From contig JAVKHQ010000001.1 in NCBI GenBank assembly GCA_031459875.1, positions 64,001 through 128,000 of the forward strand: a stretch of DNA of 64,000 nucleotides, in the 5' to 3' direction. The DNA comes from Candidatus Fervidifonticultor sextus (GTDB taxonomy: Bacteria > Sysuimicrobiota > Sysuimicrobiia > Sysuimicrobiales > Humicultoraceae). The position numbers and the translations under genes are program-made. Below the pieces are notes generated by a model. It was not told where the DNA came from. It did not search any database and was given only the letters and a program-made list of their open reading frames with translations. Positions 38,107-48,328 of the stretch are shown piece after piece (position 1 is the stretch's first letter; each line of letters opens with the position of its first letter).

Positions 38107-38753
38107 CAAGAGAACCGCCGCGCCGCCAGCAGCGCGATTGCCGGCTCCCACCGCCACCGACCGCCGGCGGGCTTCTCCCCGACGATCTCGATCCCGCCGT
38201 CGCGGGAGGCCACCGCGAACGCCCAGGCCGCCGCGGCGTGCAGTTGCGGCAGGAACCCCTTGCGCCCGGGCACCGGCGGCCGAACCGGGCTCGCCACCAC
38301 CAGGGGTAGCGGCCCGGAGGCCAGATGCGTGACGGTGTCCAGCACCCGCCGGAAGATCCGCCGGGCCTCGGCGGGGGAGACATCCTCGTCGTCGAGGAGA
38401 TCCAGCACTCCGGCCAGCAGAACCCCACCCGGCCGGCGCGCCGCAATGGCGCCAGCCAGGCGGTCTGAGACCGCGGCTTCGAGTTGGTAGGCGGTGAAGA
38501 CGCGGGACAGGTAGACGCTGGCCAGCAGGACCCCGGGCGCCTGCCCCAGACGCCGGGCCAGGTCCGAGAGGAGGTAGGGATTGAACGAGTTGGCTCCGTC
38601 CACCACCAGGAGGGGCCGGATCGGGGTCGCGGTCCGCAGGCCGACCAGGAGGCCCACCGTCAGACAGGCTTCATCCCCGCTGAGCAGGATCAGACCGACC
38701 CTCGGCTGGGGGAGCGATGGGAGAACCGCGTGGACAGACATCAGGCCATCCAA
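38106..38753 (-). CDS. Inactive RadA/RecA-like protein (start 38753 TTG or 38741 ATG)
   Basis: LLVVDGANSFNPY, SRVFTAYQL; no Walker A GKT. Confidence 0.78.
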   Translation of the reverse strand: MDGLMSVHAVLPSLPQPRVGLILLSGDEACLTVGLLVGLRTATPIRPLLVVDGANSFNPYLLSDLARRLGQAPGVLLASVYLSRVFTAYQLEAAVSDRLAGAIAARRPGGVLLAGVLDLLDDEDVSPAEARRIFRRVLDTVTHLASGPLPLVVASPVRPPVPGRKGFLPQLHAAAAWAFAVASRDGGIEIVGEKPAGGRWRWEPAIALLAARRFS

Positions 38754-38783
38754 AGCCCACCATGCTGGAGGGGCGCAACCCCC

Positions 38784-38811
38784 ATTATACGAACATGTGT
38801 TCGTATGTCAA
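38784..38811 (-). promoter_or_regulatory. Consensus sigma70 promoter of the iRadA-small-polB2 operon
   Basis: TTGACA (38811-38806), 16 nt, TATAAT (38789-38784). Confidence 0.85.
38790..38803. promoter_or_regulatory. LexA (SOS) operator, GAAC-N4-GTTC type
   Basis: CGAAC-ATGT-GTTCG; arms extend to ATACGAAC/GTTCGTAT; fills the promoter spacer. Confidence 0.9.
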
Positions 38812-38851
38812 TACCGAACGAGGGGGGCCTCTGGGAGGAAAGACAGCACCC

Positions 38852-39568
38852 TCACAGATCGGGGATCTGCCAGTCGATCTCCGGGAGCCCCAGGGCCCGC
38901 AGTGCGGCGTTGATCCTTGAGAACGGCCGGCTGCCGAAAAATCCCCGGCGGGCCGAGTTCGGCGACGGATGCGCAGCCTCCACGATGCGGTGCCGGGAGG
39001 CGTCGATGAGTTCCGCCTTCCGCCGGGCGTCCCGGCCCCACAGCGCAAACACCACCGGAGCCTGACGGGCGTCGACCGCTCGAATGATGGCATCGGTGAA
39101 ATGCTCCCACCCCCGGCCGCGGTGTGAGCCCGGCTGGTAGGCGCGCACGGTCAGGACGGTGTTGAGCATCAGGACTCCCTGGCGCGCCCACGGCACCAGG
39201 CAGCCGTTGTTGGAGATCCGGCAGCCCAGGTCGTCGGCGAGTTCCCTGAAGATGTTCACCAGCGACGCGGGCAGCGGGACGCCGGGCTTCACCGAGAAGC
39301 ACAGCCCGTGTGCGTAGCCGGGGGTCGGGTAGGGATCCTGTCCCAGGAGCACCACGCGCACGCGGCTGTAGGGGGTGAGCCGCAAGGCGGTGAAGACCTC
39401 CCGCTCGTCCGGGAGGATCGTGTAGCGGCGGCGCTCGGAGGCCAGGAACGCCTGGAGATCCCGGTAGTAGGGTTCGACGACCTCGCGGGCCAGCACCCGC
39501 CGCCAGCCGGGCGGAATGCGCCGAAGCCACGCCGCCGCAGGCGGCGTGGTGGGAGACCGTCCGTTCAC
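38852..39568 (-). CDS. ung: Uracil-DNA glycosylase (family 1)
   Basis: VLLGQDPY, AHGLCFSV, LPASL.NI, WARQGVL.LN..LTV, HPSP; GTGA overlap. Confidence 0.95.
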   Translation of the reverse strand: MNGRSPTTPPAAAWLRRIPPGWRRVLAREVVEPYYRDLQAFLASERRRYTILPDEREVFTALRLTPYSRVRVVLLGQDPYPTPGYAHGLCFSVKPGVPLPASLVNIFRELADDLGCRISNNGCLVPWARQGVLMLNTVLTVRAYQPGSHRGRGWEHFTDAIIRAVDARQAPVVFALWGRDARRKAELIDASRHRIVEAAHPSPNSARRGFFGSRPFSRINAALRALGLPEIDWQIPDL

Positions 39569-40380
39569 GGCCCGTCCGCGAACGACACGGCGAAGCGCAG
39601 GTACCACTCCCGCAGTGCCGGCGTGCGGTAGTGGAACTCGCTGATCACCGACAGCCCCACCCGGGCGCCGCCCAGAACGCCGGCCAGCACCCGCGGCGGG
39701 TCCGGCACCCCGGCGAGCGTGGGGGCCACGGTGAGGAACAGTTCGTCCAGCGCCCGCGATGCGGCGAGCCGTCGGTTCGTCTGTGGGCCGCCCTCGGCCA
39801 GCACCCGCTGCATGCCGCGCGCCTGCAGCAGGCCCAGCGCGGCCGCCAGGTCCACCTCGCCCTCGGGCGTCGCCGGCACCACGAGGACCTCGGCGCCGGC
39901 GGCTTCCAGGCGCCGGCGGTCGACGTCGCGCGCAAGCTCGGTGGTCAGGACGATGGACGCGAAGTCGCGCCGGTCGAAGAAGCGCCGCGCCAGGACCTCG
40001 TCGGGGAACTCGGCCCGCCGCGTGACGACCACCGCGGCGGGGTGCCCGGGACGGCCGGATGCGATCCGCTCGGCCTGCAACTCCGGATGTGTCGTGGGCA
40101 CGAGATCATGGCGCCATAGCGTGCCGGCGCCGCACAGTACGGCGTCAGCCCAGCCCCGGAGGGTTCGGAACAGGAAGTGATCGACCTCAGACCCAATCGT
40201 CCATGCCTTCCCCTCGACGGCGACGGCGCCGTCGAGGGTCTGCACCATGTTGAGGATCACCGCCGGCCGACCGGGCGCCGCCCTGACCTGGAGATCCCGG
40301 TACACGTCCTCCAGCAGCACCTCCGCAGGGTACGGCTCGCGGGTGTGGTAGGCCAGCGTGAGCGTGCGCGGGAGGGCCAC
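39565..40380 (-). CDS. RibD C-terminal/DHFR-like reductase
   Basis: NMVQTLDGA, LR..ADAVL.GAGT, AEGGP.TN, DELFLTVAP. Confidence 0.85.
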   Translation of the reverse strand: MALPRTLTLAYHTREPYPAEVLLEDVYRDLQVRAAPGRPAVILNMVQTLDGAVAVEGKAWTIGSEVDHFLFRTLRGWADAVLCGAGTLWRHDLVPTTHPELQAERIASGRPGHPAAVVVTRRAEFPDEVLARRFFDRRDFASIVLTTELARDVDRRRLEAAGAEVLVVPATPEGEVDLAAALGLLQARGMQRVLAEGGPQTNRRLAASRALDELFLTVAPTLAGVPDPPRVLAGVLGGARVGLSVISEFHYRTPALREWYLRFAVSFADGP

Positions 40381-40389
40381 CGGCGGGCG

Positions 40390-41790
40390 CTAGAACTCGA
40401 TGATGGCCCCGTCGCGCACCAGCCGACGCTGGACTTCCCGCACCAGGTCGCGGCGCTCCGCCAGGACATGGGGCGTGACCCGGGAAAGCACCACGACCGC
40501 GGCGGCGGTTCCCGCCGCCTGGCCCATGGCAATCGTAGTCGGGACGACACGGGCCGATCCGGCGGCCTGGTAGGTCGCCGAGAACGCGCGGCTGGACACG
40601 AAGAGGCCGTCGATGTGGGCGGTGATCAGCGACCGCAGGGGGATGGTGTAGGGGTACCGCACCGGGCGGTAGGGATAGCGCTCGCCTTGTTTGTAGGCGT
40701 GGAGGTCCACCGGATACGAGGCCACGGCCACGCGGTCCCAGAAGAGGGTCCGCTCGACGATGTCCCGCGCCGTCAGGACGTAGAGACCCCGGATGTGCCG
40801 CGTCTCGCGGATGTAGAGTTCCGGCGCCACCTCCACCAACCGGGCGCGCGCGAATCCAGGGCAGTGCTTCCGCATGTACTCCACCAGCCTGGGGATCTCA
40901 CGCCTGGCGCGTTCGTACCCTTCGATGCGGGAGGCGCGGCTGGTCCCATCCACGTCGTGCACCTGGAGCGCATTGACCAGCACCGTACCGTCGGGCAGGC
41001 GGCCGATGTTGAGGTCCTGGGCCGACAGGCGCGGGTCGTCCGGCCGGTACTCCCGCATGGCCTGCCGGTATCCCCAGGCATAGCCGTCGAAGACCCCGCT
41101 GGGCTGGCGGCCCCGACGGTGCGCGTAGGCATAGCGGACGATCTCAGGCCAGTCCACGTCGGCCAGGCGGAACATGAGCGTGGCGGGCATGGCCCGGCGG
41201 TCGAGCCCCGAGGTTTCCCGACCGTAGGTGTACGGCACGCCGGCGGCCGCGGCCAGATCAGCGTCGTCGGTGGCGTCGATGGTCACGGTTGCGGTAATCC
41301 TGGCCTCAGCGCCGTCAGGCAGCCGGACCACGGCGCCGCGCACCCGGCCGGACGCCACTACCGGCCGCACCAATTCCGTGCGGGTCAGCAGCGTGATCCC
41401 CGGCTCGGCTTCGACCTTGTCCCGAAGAATCGCGCGCATCCGCCGGGGATCGAAGGTGATCCCGCCGATCTGCCGGTAGAGCTCCAGGAAGATCCCGCGG
41501 ATGAGGTGTTCCTGGCGGCCCGGGACCCGGCTGAGGTCCACCACGTTCAGCATGGCGCCGGTCCAGACCGTGCCCAGGAACGGCCGGGGTTCGGTCAGCA
41601 CGACGACCGTCCCCTGGCGGGCCGCCGCCAGGGCCGCAGCCACACCCGCCGGACTCCCGCCGACCACCAGCACATCGGCCTTGAACCCGGGCGGCCGGAC
41701 ATCCGACCGCAGCAGGCGGGGCCGCATCGCCACGATGGCGGCCACCACCACCAGCCCCAGCAGGGCAGCCGCGAGTGTCCGCGGGCGCAT
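40390..41790 (-). CDS. FAD-dependent oxidoreductase with N-terminal membrane anchor
   Basis: DVLVVGG.PAGVAAALAAAR, IDATDDADLA, ELYIRETR, YTIPLRSL, GQAAG. Confidence 0.85.
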   Translation of the reverse strand: MRPRTLAAALLGLVVVAAIVAMRPRLLRSDVRPPGFKADVLVVGGSPAGVAAALAAARQGTVVVLTEPRPFLGTVWTGAMLNVVDLSRVPGRQEHLIRGIFLELYRQIGGITFDPRRMRAILRDKVEAEPGITLLTRTELVRPVVASGRVRGAVVRLPDGAEARITATVTIDATDDADLAAAAGVPYTYGRETSGLDRRAMPATLMFRLADVDWPEIVRYAYAHRRGRQPSGVFDGYAWGYRQAMREYRPDDPRLSAQDLNIGRLPDGTVLVNALQVHDVDGTSRASRIEGYERARREIPRLVEYMRKHCPGFARARLVEVAPELYIRETRHIRGLYVLTARDIVERTLFWDRVAVASYPVDLHAYKQGERYPYRPVRYPYTIPLRSLITAHIDGLFVSSRAFSATYQAAGSARVVPTTIAMGQAAGTAAAVVVLSRVTPHVLAERRDLVREVQRRLVRDGAIIEF

Positions 41791-41801
41791 GCGGCAGCGA
41801 G

Positions 41802-42308
41802 TCACGGGCCGCTCGCAGGCTGGGGGCCCAGCGCCGCCAGCGCCGCGGCCAGGTGCCCGTAGGTGTCTTCCAGGCTTTGCGGGAGGACCTTGACGTCGCC
41901 GAGGACCGGCATATAGTTCGTGTCCCCGGTCCATCGGGGGACCACGTGGATGTGCAGGTGGTCATCGATCCCCGCGCCGGCGGCCCGGCCCAGGTTCATC
42001 CCCACGTTGAAACCGTCGGGCGCCATGGCCTGCTCCAGGACGCGCACCGCCACCCCGACCAGCCGCATCAGGGCCCCTCCCTCCTCCGGGGACAACGCCT
42101 CCGGCCGGGCCACGTGTCGGAACGGGACGGCCATCAGGTGCCCGCTGTTGTAGGGATAGCGGTTGAGGATCAGGTAACCCAGCGCGTCGCGGTAGAGGAT
42201 CAGGGCAGCGCGGTCGTCGCCCTGGGCAGGCGCCTGACAGAAGATGCAGCCGGGCTCCTTCGGACCCGTGACGTAGCCCACCCGCCAGGGCGCCCAGAGC
42301 CGCCTCAC
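41802..42308 (-). CDS. HIT family hydrolase
   Basis: [26 protein letters not shown]. Confidence 0.93.
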   Translation of the reverse strand: MRRLWAPWRVGYVTGPKEPGCIFCQAPAQGDDRAALILYRDALGYLILNRYPYNSGHLMAVPFRHVARPEALSPEEGGALMRLVGVAVRVLEQAMAPDGFNVGMNLGRAAGAGIDDHLHIHVVPRWTGDTNYMPVLGDVKVLPQSLEDTYGHLAAALAALGPQPASGP

Positions 42309-43075
42309 CGGCCCGATCCGTCGAGCCGGGTGAGGGCGTCGGCGGCAGCGGCCTGCTCGGCTTCCTTTTTGCTCTTCCCGCGGCCCTGGCCCAGCGGCCG
42401 GCCGTTCGCCTCCACCACGGCGACGAAGGTCCTCGCGTGGTCCGGTCCCTCTTCCTGCGTGATCCGGTAGCGCGGCATCTGACGCCGGCGCTGCAGCCGC
42501 TCCTGGAGCTGGCTCTTGAAGTCCTCGCCGGCACGCTCGATGATCTCGCCGAGCTCCCCCAGCCACGTGGAGACCAGGTGGTGGGCGACGCCGTATCCGG
42601 AGTCGATGTAGACGGCGCCGACCACCGCCTCCACGGCGTCGGCCAGCAGCGACGGCCGCTGCCGGCCGCCGCCCTTCTCCTCCCCCCTGCCCAGCAGCAG
42701 ATACTGCCCGAGGCCCAGCCGCCGCGCGACGGAGGCCAGAGCCGCCTCGTTGACCATCCGCGCCCGTTGCTTGGCCAGACCCCCCTCGTCCATCTCCGGG
42801 TGCCGGCGATACAGGACATCGCTGACCACCAGGTTGAGGACCGCGTCGCCCAGGTGCTCCAGGCGTTCGTAGCTCTTGCCGGGGTCGTGGCCGCGCTCGT
42901 GGCTGAACGATCCGTGCCGCAGCGCCAGGTCCAGCAGGGAGCGGTCGCGGAACCGGACCCCCAGGCGCTTCTCCAGCGTCTCCAGCTGGGCCAGCCGCTC
43001 CTGGGTCAACACCTCGCCGATCGCGCCGGTCTCGTCCGACGCCACAGGCGGAAGGGGACGGGGTCGTCTACGCAT
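42305..43075 (-). CDS. rnc: Ribonuclease III (true start may be ~43012)
   Basis: [22 protein letters not shown], dsRBD GPDH..F and [10 protein letters not shown]. Confidence 0.96.
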   Translation of the reverse strand: MRRRPRPLPPVASDETGAIGEVLTQERLAQLETLEKRLGVRFRDRSLLDLALRHGSFSHERGHDPGKSYERLEHLGDAVLNLVVSDVLYRRHPEMDEGGLAKQRARMVNEAALASVARRLGLGQYLLLGRGEEKGGGRQRPSLLADAVEAVVGAVYIDSGYGVAHHLVSTWLGELGEIIERAGEDFKSQLQERLQRRRQMPRYRITQEEGPDHARTFVAVVEANGRPLGQGRGKSKKEAEQAAAADALTRLDGSGR

Positions 43076-44306
43076 AGGCGCGCAGGATCAGGATAGCATT
43101 GTGCCCGCCAAACCCAAAGGCATTGGACATCACGGTCCGGAGCCGCGCCGGCCGGGCGGTGTTGGGGACGTAGTCCAGGTCGCAGTCCGGGTCGGGTACC
43201 CGGTAGTTGATGGTCGGCGGGAGCATCTGGTGCCGCAGCGCCAGCACGCAGGCGATGCACTCGATCCCCCCGGCGGCACCCAGCAGGTGTCCAGTCATCG
43301 ACTTGGTGGAACTCACCGGGATGCGGCGGGCGTGCTCGCCGAAGAGGCGCTTGATCGCCAGGGTCTCGAGCCGGTCGTTGTAGGGCGTGCTGGTGCCGTG
43401 CGCGTTGATGTAGTCGATCTCTTCAGGGCCGATCCCGGCGTCGGCCAGGGCGGCCACCATGCTCCGGTAGGCGCCATCTCCCTCGGGGTCGGGCTGGGTG
43501 ATGTGGTACGCGTCGGTGGTGATCCCGTAGCCGATCACCTCGGCCAGGATCTCGGCCCCGCGCGCCTCGGCATGCTCCAGGGCCTCCAGGACCACGACGC
43601 CTGCGCCTTCGCCCATGACGAACCCATCCCGGGTCGCATCGAAGGGCCTCGAGGCGCCCTGCGGGTCGTCGTTGCGCGTGGAGGTGGCCTTCATGGCACA
43701 GAAGCCTGCGACGGACAGCGGCGTGATGGCGGCCTCGGTGCCCCCCGCCAGCATCACGTCCGCGTCCCCCCGCTGGATGAGGCGCGCGGCGTCACCGATG
43801 GCGTTGCCCCCGGTCGCGCACGCGGTCACTACACAGGAGCTCGGACCCTTGGCGCCGGTCAGGATGGCCGTCACGCCGCTGGCCATGTTCACGATCATCA
43901 TGGGCACGAAGAAGGGGGAGACGCGGTCGGGGCCGCGTTCCAGCATCGTGCGGTACTGCTGCTCCCAGGTGGCGATCCCACCGATGCCCGATCCGATCAG
44001 GACTCCGGTCCGGCACGCGTTGGCCGGCGTGATGGAGAACCCGGCATGCTCCATGGCCATGCGGGCCGCCGCGTAGGCGAACTGGACGAAGCGGTCGTTG
44101 CGCCTCGCCTCCTTGCGATCCATGTAAGCCGTCGGGTCGAAGTCCACGACCTCGGCCGCGATCTGGGTGGGAAAGGGCGACGGATCGAACGCCCTGATCC
44201 GGTCCACGCCGGAGCGGCCCGCGACCAGCGCCGACCAGAAGGCGCCCGGCCCGGTCCCGATGGGGCTGATGACCCCCAGGCCGGTGACCGCCACGCGCCG
44301 GCGCAT
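43068..44306 (-). CDS. fabF: 3-oxoacyl-ACP synthase II
   Basis: [42 protein letters not shown]. Confidence 0.97.
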   Translation of the reverse strand: MRRRVAVTGLGVISPIGTGPGAFWSALVAGRSGVDRIRAFDPSPFPTQIAAEVVDFDPTAYMDRKEARRNDRFVQFAYAAARMAMEHAGFSITPANACRTGVLIGSGIGGIATWEQQYRTMLERGPDRVSPFFVPMMIVNMASGVTAILTGAKGPSSCVVTACATGGNAIGDAARLIQRGDADVMLAGGTEAAITPLSVAGFCAMKATSTRNDDPQGASRPFDATRDGFVMGEGAGVVVLEALEHAEARGAEILAEVIGYGITTDAYHITQPDPEGDGAYRSMVAALADAGIGPEEIDYINAHGTSTPYNDRLETLAIKRLFGEHARRIPVSSTKSMTGHLLGAAGGIECIACVLALRHQMLPPTINYRVPDPDCDLDYVPNTARPARLRTVMSNAFGFGGHNAILILRAYA

Positions 44307-44338
44307 CCTGGGCCCCCGCGGTGTCGCCGCGAGAGCGG

Positions 44339-44587
44339 CTACTGCGTGGTCTCCTTGGCGTGGGCCTCGATGAAGGCGACGGCGTCCCCCACCGTGACGA
44401 TCTTCTCGGCCTGGTCGTCGGGGATCTCGATCTTGAACTCGTCCTCGAGCGCCATGACGAGTTCCACGACGTCGAGGGAGTCAGCGCCGAGGTCTTCCAC
44501 GAACGACGACTCCGGCCCGATCGAATCCTCCTCGATGCCCAGCTGGTGTGCCACCCGCGCCTTCACCCGATCAAACACCGATACCAT
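44339..44587 (-). CDS. acpP: Acyl carrier protein
   Basis: [14 protein letters not shown]. Confidence 0.97.
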   Translation of the reverse strand: MVSVFDRVKARVAHQLGIEEDSIGPESSFVEDLGADSLDVVELVMALEDEFKIEIPDDQAEKIVTVGDAVAFIEAHAKETTQ

Positions 44588-44616
44588 CGTCCCATCCACC
44601 TCCGTTCGGGCGACAC

Positions 44617-45363
44617 CTAGTGCATGACCATGCCGCCGTCGACGTGCAGGACCTGTCCGGTGATGTACCCGGCTTCGTCCGAGGCCAGAAACACGACGGC
44701 TGCGGCCACGTCGTCGGGGGTACCCGCCCGCCCCAACGGGATCTGGGCCAGGTACCGCGCAGACGACCCCTCAGGCCGCGGTCCGATCATCCCGGCGATG
44801 TAGCCGGGGGCGACCGCGTTCACGGTGACCCCGCGCGATCCGACCTCGCGGGCCACCGCCCTGGTCAGCCCGATCACCCCGGCCCTGGCGGCCACATAGT
44901 TCGCCCGGCCGGCACCCCCATCCTGTTCGACTGCCGAGGTGACGTTGATGATGCGCCCCCGGCGCTGGCGGACGAACTCCCGCAGCGCCGCCCGGATGCA
45001 GTAGAACGTCCCGCTCAGGGTCGTCCTCAACACCGTCTGCCACTCTTCGTCTCCCAGCCGGAGGACAATGCCATCCTCTCCGGTCCCCGCGTTGTTCACC
45101 AGCGTATCGAGGCGGCCGAAGACCTCGATGGCCGTCGCCACCACGGCGGCCGCCTCGGCAGGCTGCGACAGGTCACCGCCGACGGCGTGCGCGCGACCGC
45201 CGGCCGCTTCGATCTCGCGCACCACCCGTTCGGCGAGCTCGCGGTGGCGCCAGTAGTGCACGACCACCCCTGCGCCCTCTCGGGCCAGCGCCACCGCGAT
45301 GCGGCCCCCGAGCCCCCCGGATCCCCCGGTCACGACTGCGCCCTGATCCTCTAACCGCCCCAC
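44617..45363 (-). CDS. fabG: 3-oxoacyl-ACP reductase-like SDR with variant catalytic residues
   Basis: [28 protein letters not shown]; position in the fab cluster. Confidence 0.85.
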   Translation of the reverse strand: MGRLEDQGAVVTGGSGGLGGRIAVALAREGAGVVVHYWRHRELAERVVREIEAAGGRAHAVGGDLSQPAEAAAVVATAIEVFGRLDTLVNNAGTGEDGIVLRLGDEEWQTVLRTTLSGTFYCIRAALREFVRQRRGRIINVTSAVEQDGGAGRANYVAARAGVIGLTRAVAREVGSRGVTVNAVAPGYIAGMIGPRPEGSSARYLAQIPLGRAGTPDDVAAAVVFLASDEAGYITGQVLHVDGGMVMH

Positions 45364-45369
45364 CGCCTC

Positions 45370-46332
45370 CTACTCCCGCCTGCCCGAGTGATCCTGTCCC
45401 TCACCCGCGGTCACCCGCAGCGCGGCCAGCGCCCCATCCAGCGTGGCCTGGTCTCCGACCGACACTACCGGCATGCCGGGAAGGGTCTTCTTGACCAGCC
45501 CGGCCAGGGTCGTGCCGGGTCCCACCTCCAGGAAGAGACGGGCTCCAAGTTCGCGCAGCGTGTACAGCGACTCCTCCCAGCGGACCGGTGAGGCCACCTG
45601 CTCGATGAGGGCCGCCCGGATCTCCTCCGGCTCCCGCACCGGCTTCGCGCTCACGTTGGCCACCACCGGAATTCGGGCCGGCCTGATGGACACTTCGGCC
45701 AGGACCGCAGCCAGACGGTCGGCGGCTGGCGCCATCAGCGCCGTGTGGAACGGCGCGCTCACCGCCAGCGGCACGACCCGGCGCGCCCCCGCGGCCCGCA
45801 GCCGCTGCGACGCCTGCGCCACGGCGTCCTGCTCACCGCCAATGACGACCTGCCCGGGGGCATTGAAGTTGGCCGCCTCCACGCATCCCGGCACCTCGCG
45901 GCAGATCTCCACGACGCGCGCCGCCTCCATCCCCAGCACCGCCGCCATCCCCGTCTGCCGGCCGGACGCGGCCTCCTGCATGAACTGGCCGCGCAAGCGG
46001 ACCACCCTGACGGCGTCGGCGAAGCCCATGGCCCCGGCCGCCACGAGGGCGGCGTACTCGCCCAGGCTCAACCCGGCGGCCGCATCGGGCCTCACCCCGG
46101 TCTCCGCCAGCACGACGGCGACCGCCCAGCTGCTGGTGAGGATCGCCGGTTGCGTGTTCTCTGTCTCGCGCAGGCGATCCTCCGGTCCCTCGCGGCACAG
46201 CGCCAGCAGGTCCATGCCGACCGCCTCACTGGCCTCCTCGAAGACCCGGCGGGCGGCCGCATGTCGCGCGGCCAGGTCGACCCCCATGCCGACGTGCTGG
46301 GCGCCCTGGCCGGGGAAGACGAACGCGATCAT
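45370..46332 (-). CDS. fabD: Malonyl-CoA:ACP transacylase
   Basis: FPGQGAQ, TQPAI, GLSLGEY, VSAPFH; ATGA overlap with fabH. Confidence 0.96.
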   Translation of the reverse strand: MIAFVFPGQGAQHVGMGVDLAARHAAARRVFEEASEAVGMDLLALCREGPEDRLRETENTQPAILTSSWAVAVVLAETGVRPDAAAGLSLGEYAALVAAGAMGFADAVRVVRLRGQFMQEAASGRQTGMAAVLGMEAARVVEICREVPGCVEAANFNAPGQVVIGGEQDAVAQASQRLRAAGARRVVPLAVSAPFHTALMAPAADRLAAVLAEVSIRPARIPVVANVSAKPVREPEEIRAALIEQVASPVRWEESLYTLRELGARLFLEVGPGTTLAGLVKKTLPGMPVVSVGDQATLDGALAALRVTAGEGQDHSGRRE

Positions 46333-47405
46333 CGCGCCGCCCCGGCCCGTTGCGCGAGCGCTGATCCCTCGGTCCACCGGATCGCGGCGGCGCCCCACGT
46401 CAGGCCGCCTCCGAAGGCCACGAACACGACCGTGTCCCCGGGACGAATGCGGCCCTGCTCCACGGCTTCGTACAGGGCCACCGGGACGGAGGCCGACGAC
46501 GTGTTCCCGTACCGGTCCACGTTGACGAAGAACTTGTCCATCGGCTGACCGAGGCGCTCGGCCGCCGCTTCGATGATCCGGATGTTGGCCTGATGGGGGA
46601 TGAAGCAGTCCACATCGTGCAGGGAGAGCCCGGCCTCGGCCACCACGCGTTCGATGGCCCGCGGGATGGCGCGGACGGCGAACTTGAAGACTTCGCGGCC
46701 GTTCATCTTGATGTAGTGGTCGCGCGCCGCCACCGTCGCCTCGCTGGCCGGCCGCCGCGATCCGCCGGCTGGCAGGCAGATCAGCGGGCCGCCAGCGCCG
46801 TTGGAGCCCAGGTGGAAGGCCAGGAAGCCCTGCTCGGGCGGGCAGGGGCGCAGCACGACGGCGGCAGCGGCATCGCCGAAGAGGACGCAGGTGGCCCGGT
46901 CGGTCCAGTCGGTGATGCGGGACAGCACCTCGGCGCCGATGACGAGGACCGTGTTCGCCTGGCCCGAAGCCACCGCCGCATGCCCCATGGCCACGCCGTA
47001 GGCCCAACTGCTGCAGGCCGCCGAGAGGTCGAAGGCCCCGGCGCGGCTGGCGCCCAGCCGATCCTGCACGAGGCATGCGGTTGCGGGGAACAGCATATCG
47101 GGGGAGGCCGTCCCCACGATGATCAGGTCCAGGTCCATCGCCCGCACGCCGGCATCGGCCAGCGCCTCCCGGGCCGCCTCCACGGCCAGGTCGGAGGTGG
47201 CCACCTCAGGGGGGGCCACGCGGCGCTCGCGGATCCCGGTGCGCGCCTGGATCCACGCGTCGTCCGTGTCCACCAGCTTCTCCAGGTCGTGATTGGTGAC
47301 GATGCGGGGAGGCACGCTGTGACCAATGCCGGCGATGGTCGCCCCCCGGCGCGTCGTCGCCCCAACCCTGGGGGCGATCCGTTCGATGTCCTGGAGACGG
47401 GCCAC
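46329..47405 (-). CDS. fabH: 3-oxoacyl-ACP synthase III
   Basis: AACS, LFGD, PHQANIRI, YGNTSSAS, FGGGLTW; GTG 47405 with GGAGG. Confidence 0.96.
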   Translation of the reverse strand: MARLQDIERIAPRVGATTRRGATIAGIGHSVPPRIVTNHDLEKLVDTDDAWIQARTGIRERRVAPPEVATSDLAVEAAREALADAGVRAMDLDLIIVGTASPDMLFPATACLVQDRLGASRAGAFDLSAACSSWAYGVAMGHAAVASGQANTVLVIGAEVLSRITDWTDRATCVLFGDAAAAVVLRPCPPEQGFLAFHLGSNGAGGPLICLPAGGSRRPASEATVAARDHYIKMNGREVFKFAVRAIPRAIERVVAEAGLSLHDVDCFIPHQANIRIIEAAAERLGQPMDKFFVNVDRYGNTSSASVPVALYEAVEQGRIRPGDTVVFVAFGGGLTWGAAAIRWTEGSALAQRAGAAR

Positions 47406-47454
47406 CGTCGGACCTCCTGTGTCCTTCATCCCGTGCCGGCTGCGGCGAACGCGC

Positions 47455-47655
47455 CTACGATGCCTTCTTCTTCGGTCTGGCAGACTCGACGGGGATGACC
47501 TCGCGCCCGGCGTAGGACCCGCACGACGGGCAGACGCGGTGTGGTCGAATCCGGGCCTTGCACTGGGGGCAGGTGATCAGCGGAATCGGTGCCGCCCTCC
47601 ACCGGCTGCGCCGGGAGCCTGTGCGGGACTTTGGGTGCCGCCGTTTCTGTGCCAC
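47455..47655 (-). CDS. rpmF: 50S ribosomal protein L32
   Basis: K.R..KSR...RR, CPQC...PHRVCPSCG.Y. Confidence 0.93.
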   Translation of the reverse strand: MAQKRRHPKSRTGSRRSRWRAAPIPLITCPQCKARIRPHRVCPSCGSYAGREVIPVESARPKKKAS

Positions 47656-47694
47656 GGATCTGCCTCCTCGCCGGGCCTGGGAGTGCCGGGGCGG

Positions 47695-48258
47695 CTACGC
47701 CGGCCCCGATCGCGTCCGACGGTCGCGCCAACCCGCCAGCGGGTGCAGGCGCGGGTCGAGCCCCGGCCCGTCGTCTGCGTGCTCGGTCCCGGTTCCCCGC
47801 CTGTGCTCGCAGGGGCCCAGGCGCAGGTCGGCCCCACACTGGTCGCAGAGTCCCGGGCAGTCGGCTCGGCAGCGGGCCACCATGGGCAGCGCCAGGACCA
47901 GCGCATCGCGCGCCAGGGCTCCGACATCCAGCAGGAGCCCGTCGCCCGCCCAGATCAGGTACTCCTCGGCCAGGGCCGCCTCCCCCGCGGAGACTCCGAG
48001 GGACCAGTTGACCTCCTCCAGCACGTCCGCCTCCAGGTGGTGCCGGTACGCCGCCGCACATCGATCGCAGGTCAGGGTGACCTCTGTCGCCAGCCGTCCT
48101 TCCACGCGCAGCACCGACCCCAGGTTGGTCAGCGTGAGGGTCCCTTCGACGGGTCTATCGAACGGGATCTCGGCGATCCCGCTGGCGATCACGTCGCCGC
48201 AGCTGACGTCCAGCGTGGCGCCGCGCTCGGCGCGGAGGGGTCGAAGATCCACCTTCAT
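47695..48258 (-). CDS. YceD/DUF177 protein
   Basis: CDRC, LPM..C..DCPGLC..CGA, DPR; upstream of rpmF. Confidence 0.92.
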   Translation of the reverse strand: MKVDLRPLRAERGATLDVSCGDVIASGIAEIPFDRPVEGTLTLTNLGSVLRVEGRLATEVTLTCDRCAAAYRHHLEADVLEEVNWSLGVSAGEAALAEEYLIWAGDGLLLDVGALARDALVLALPMVARCRADCPGLCDQCGADLRLGPCEHRRGTGTEHADDGPGLDPRLHPLAGWRDRRTRSGPA

Positions 48259-48289
48259 GGTGTCTACGCCCCGTCTGGCATGCTACGCC

Positions 48290-48319
48290 ATTATAGGAAT
48301 GTGCCATTTGGGGTGTCAA
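48290..48319 (-). promoter_or_regulatory. Consensus sigma70 promoter of yceD-rpmF-fab
   Basis: TTGACA (48319-48314), 18 nt, TATAAT (48295-48290). Confidence 0.75.
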
Positions 48320-48328
48320 TGAACGCAC
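48315..48328 (+). repeat. Left copy of the 14-bp target-site duplication
   Basis: GTCAATGAACGCAC, identical to 48676-48689. Confidence 0.9.
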
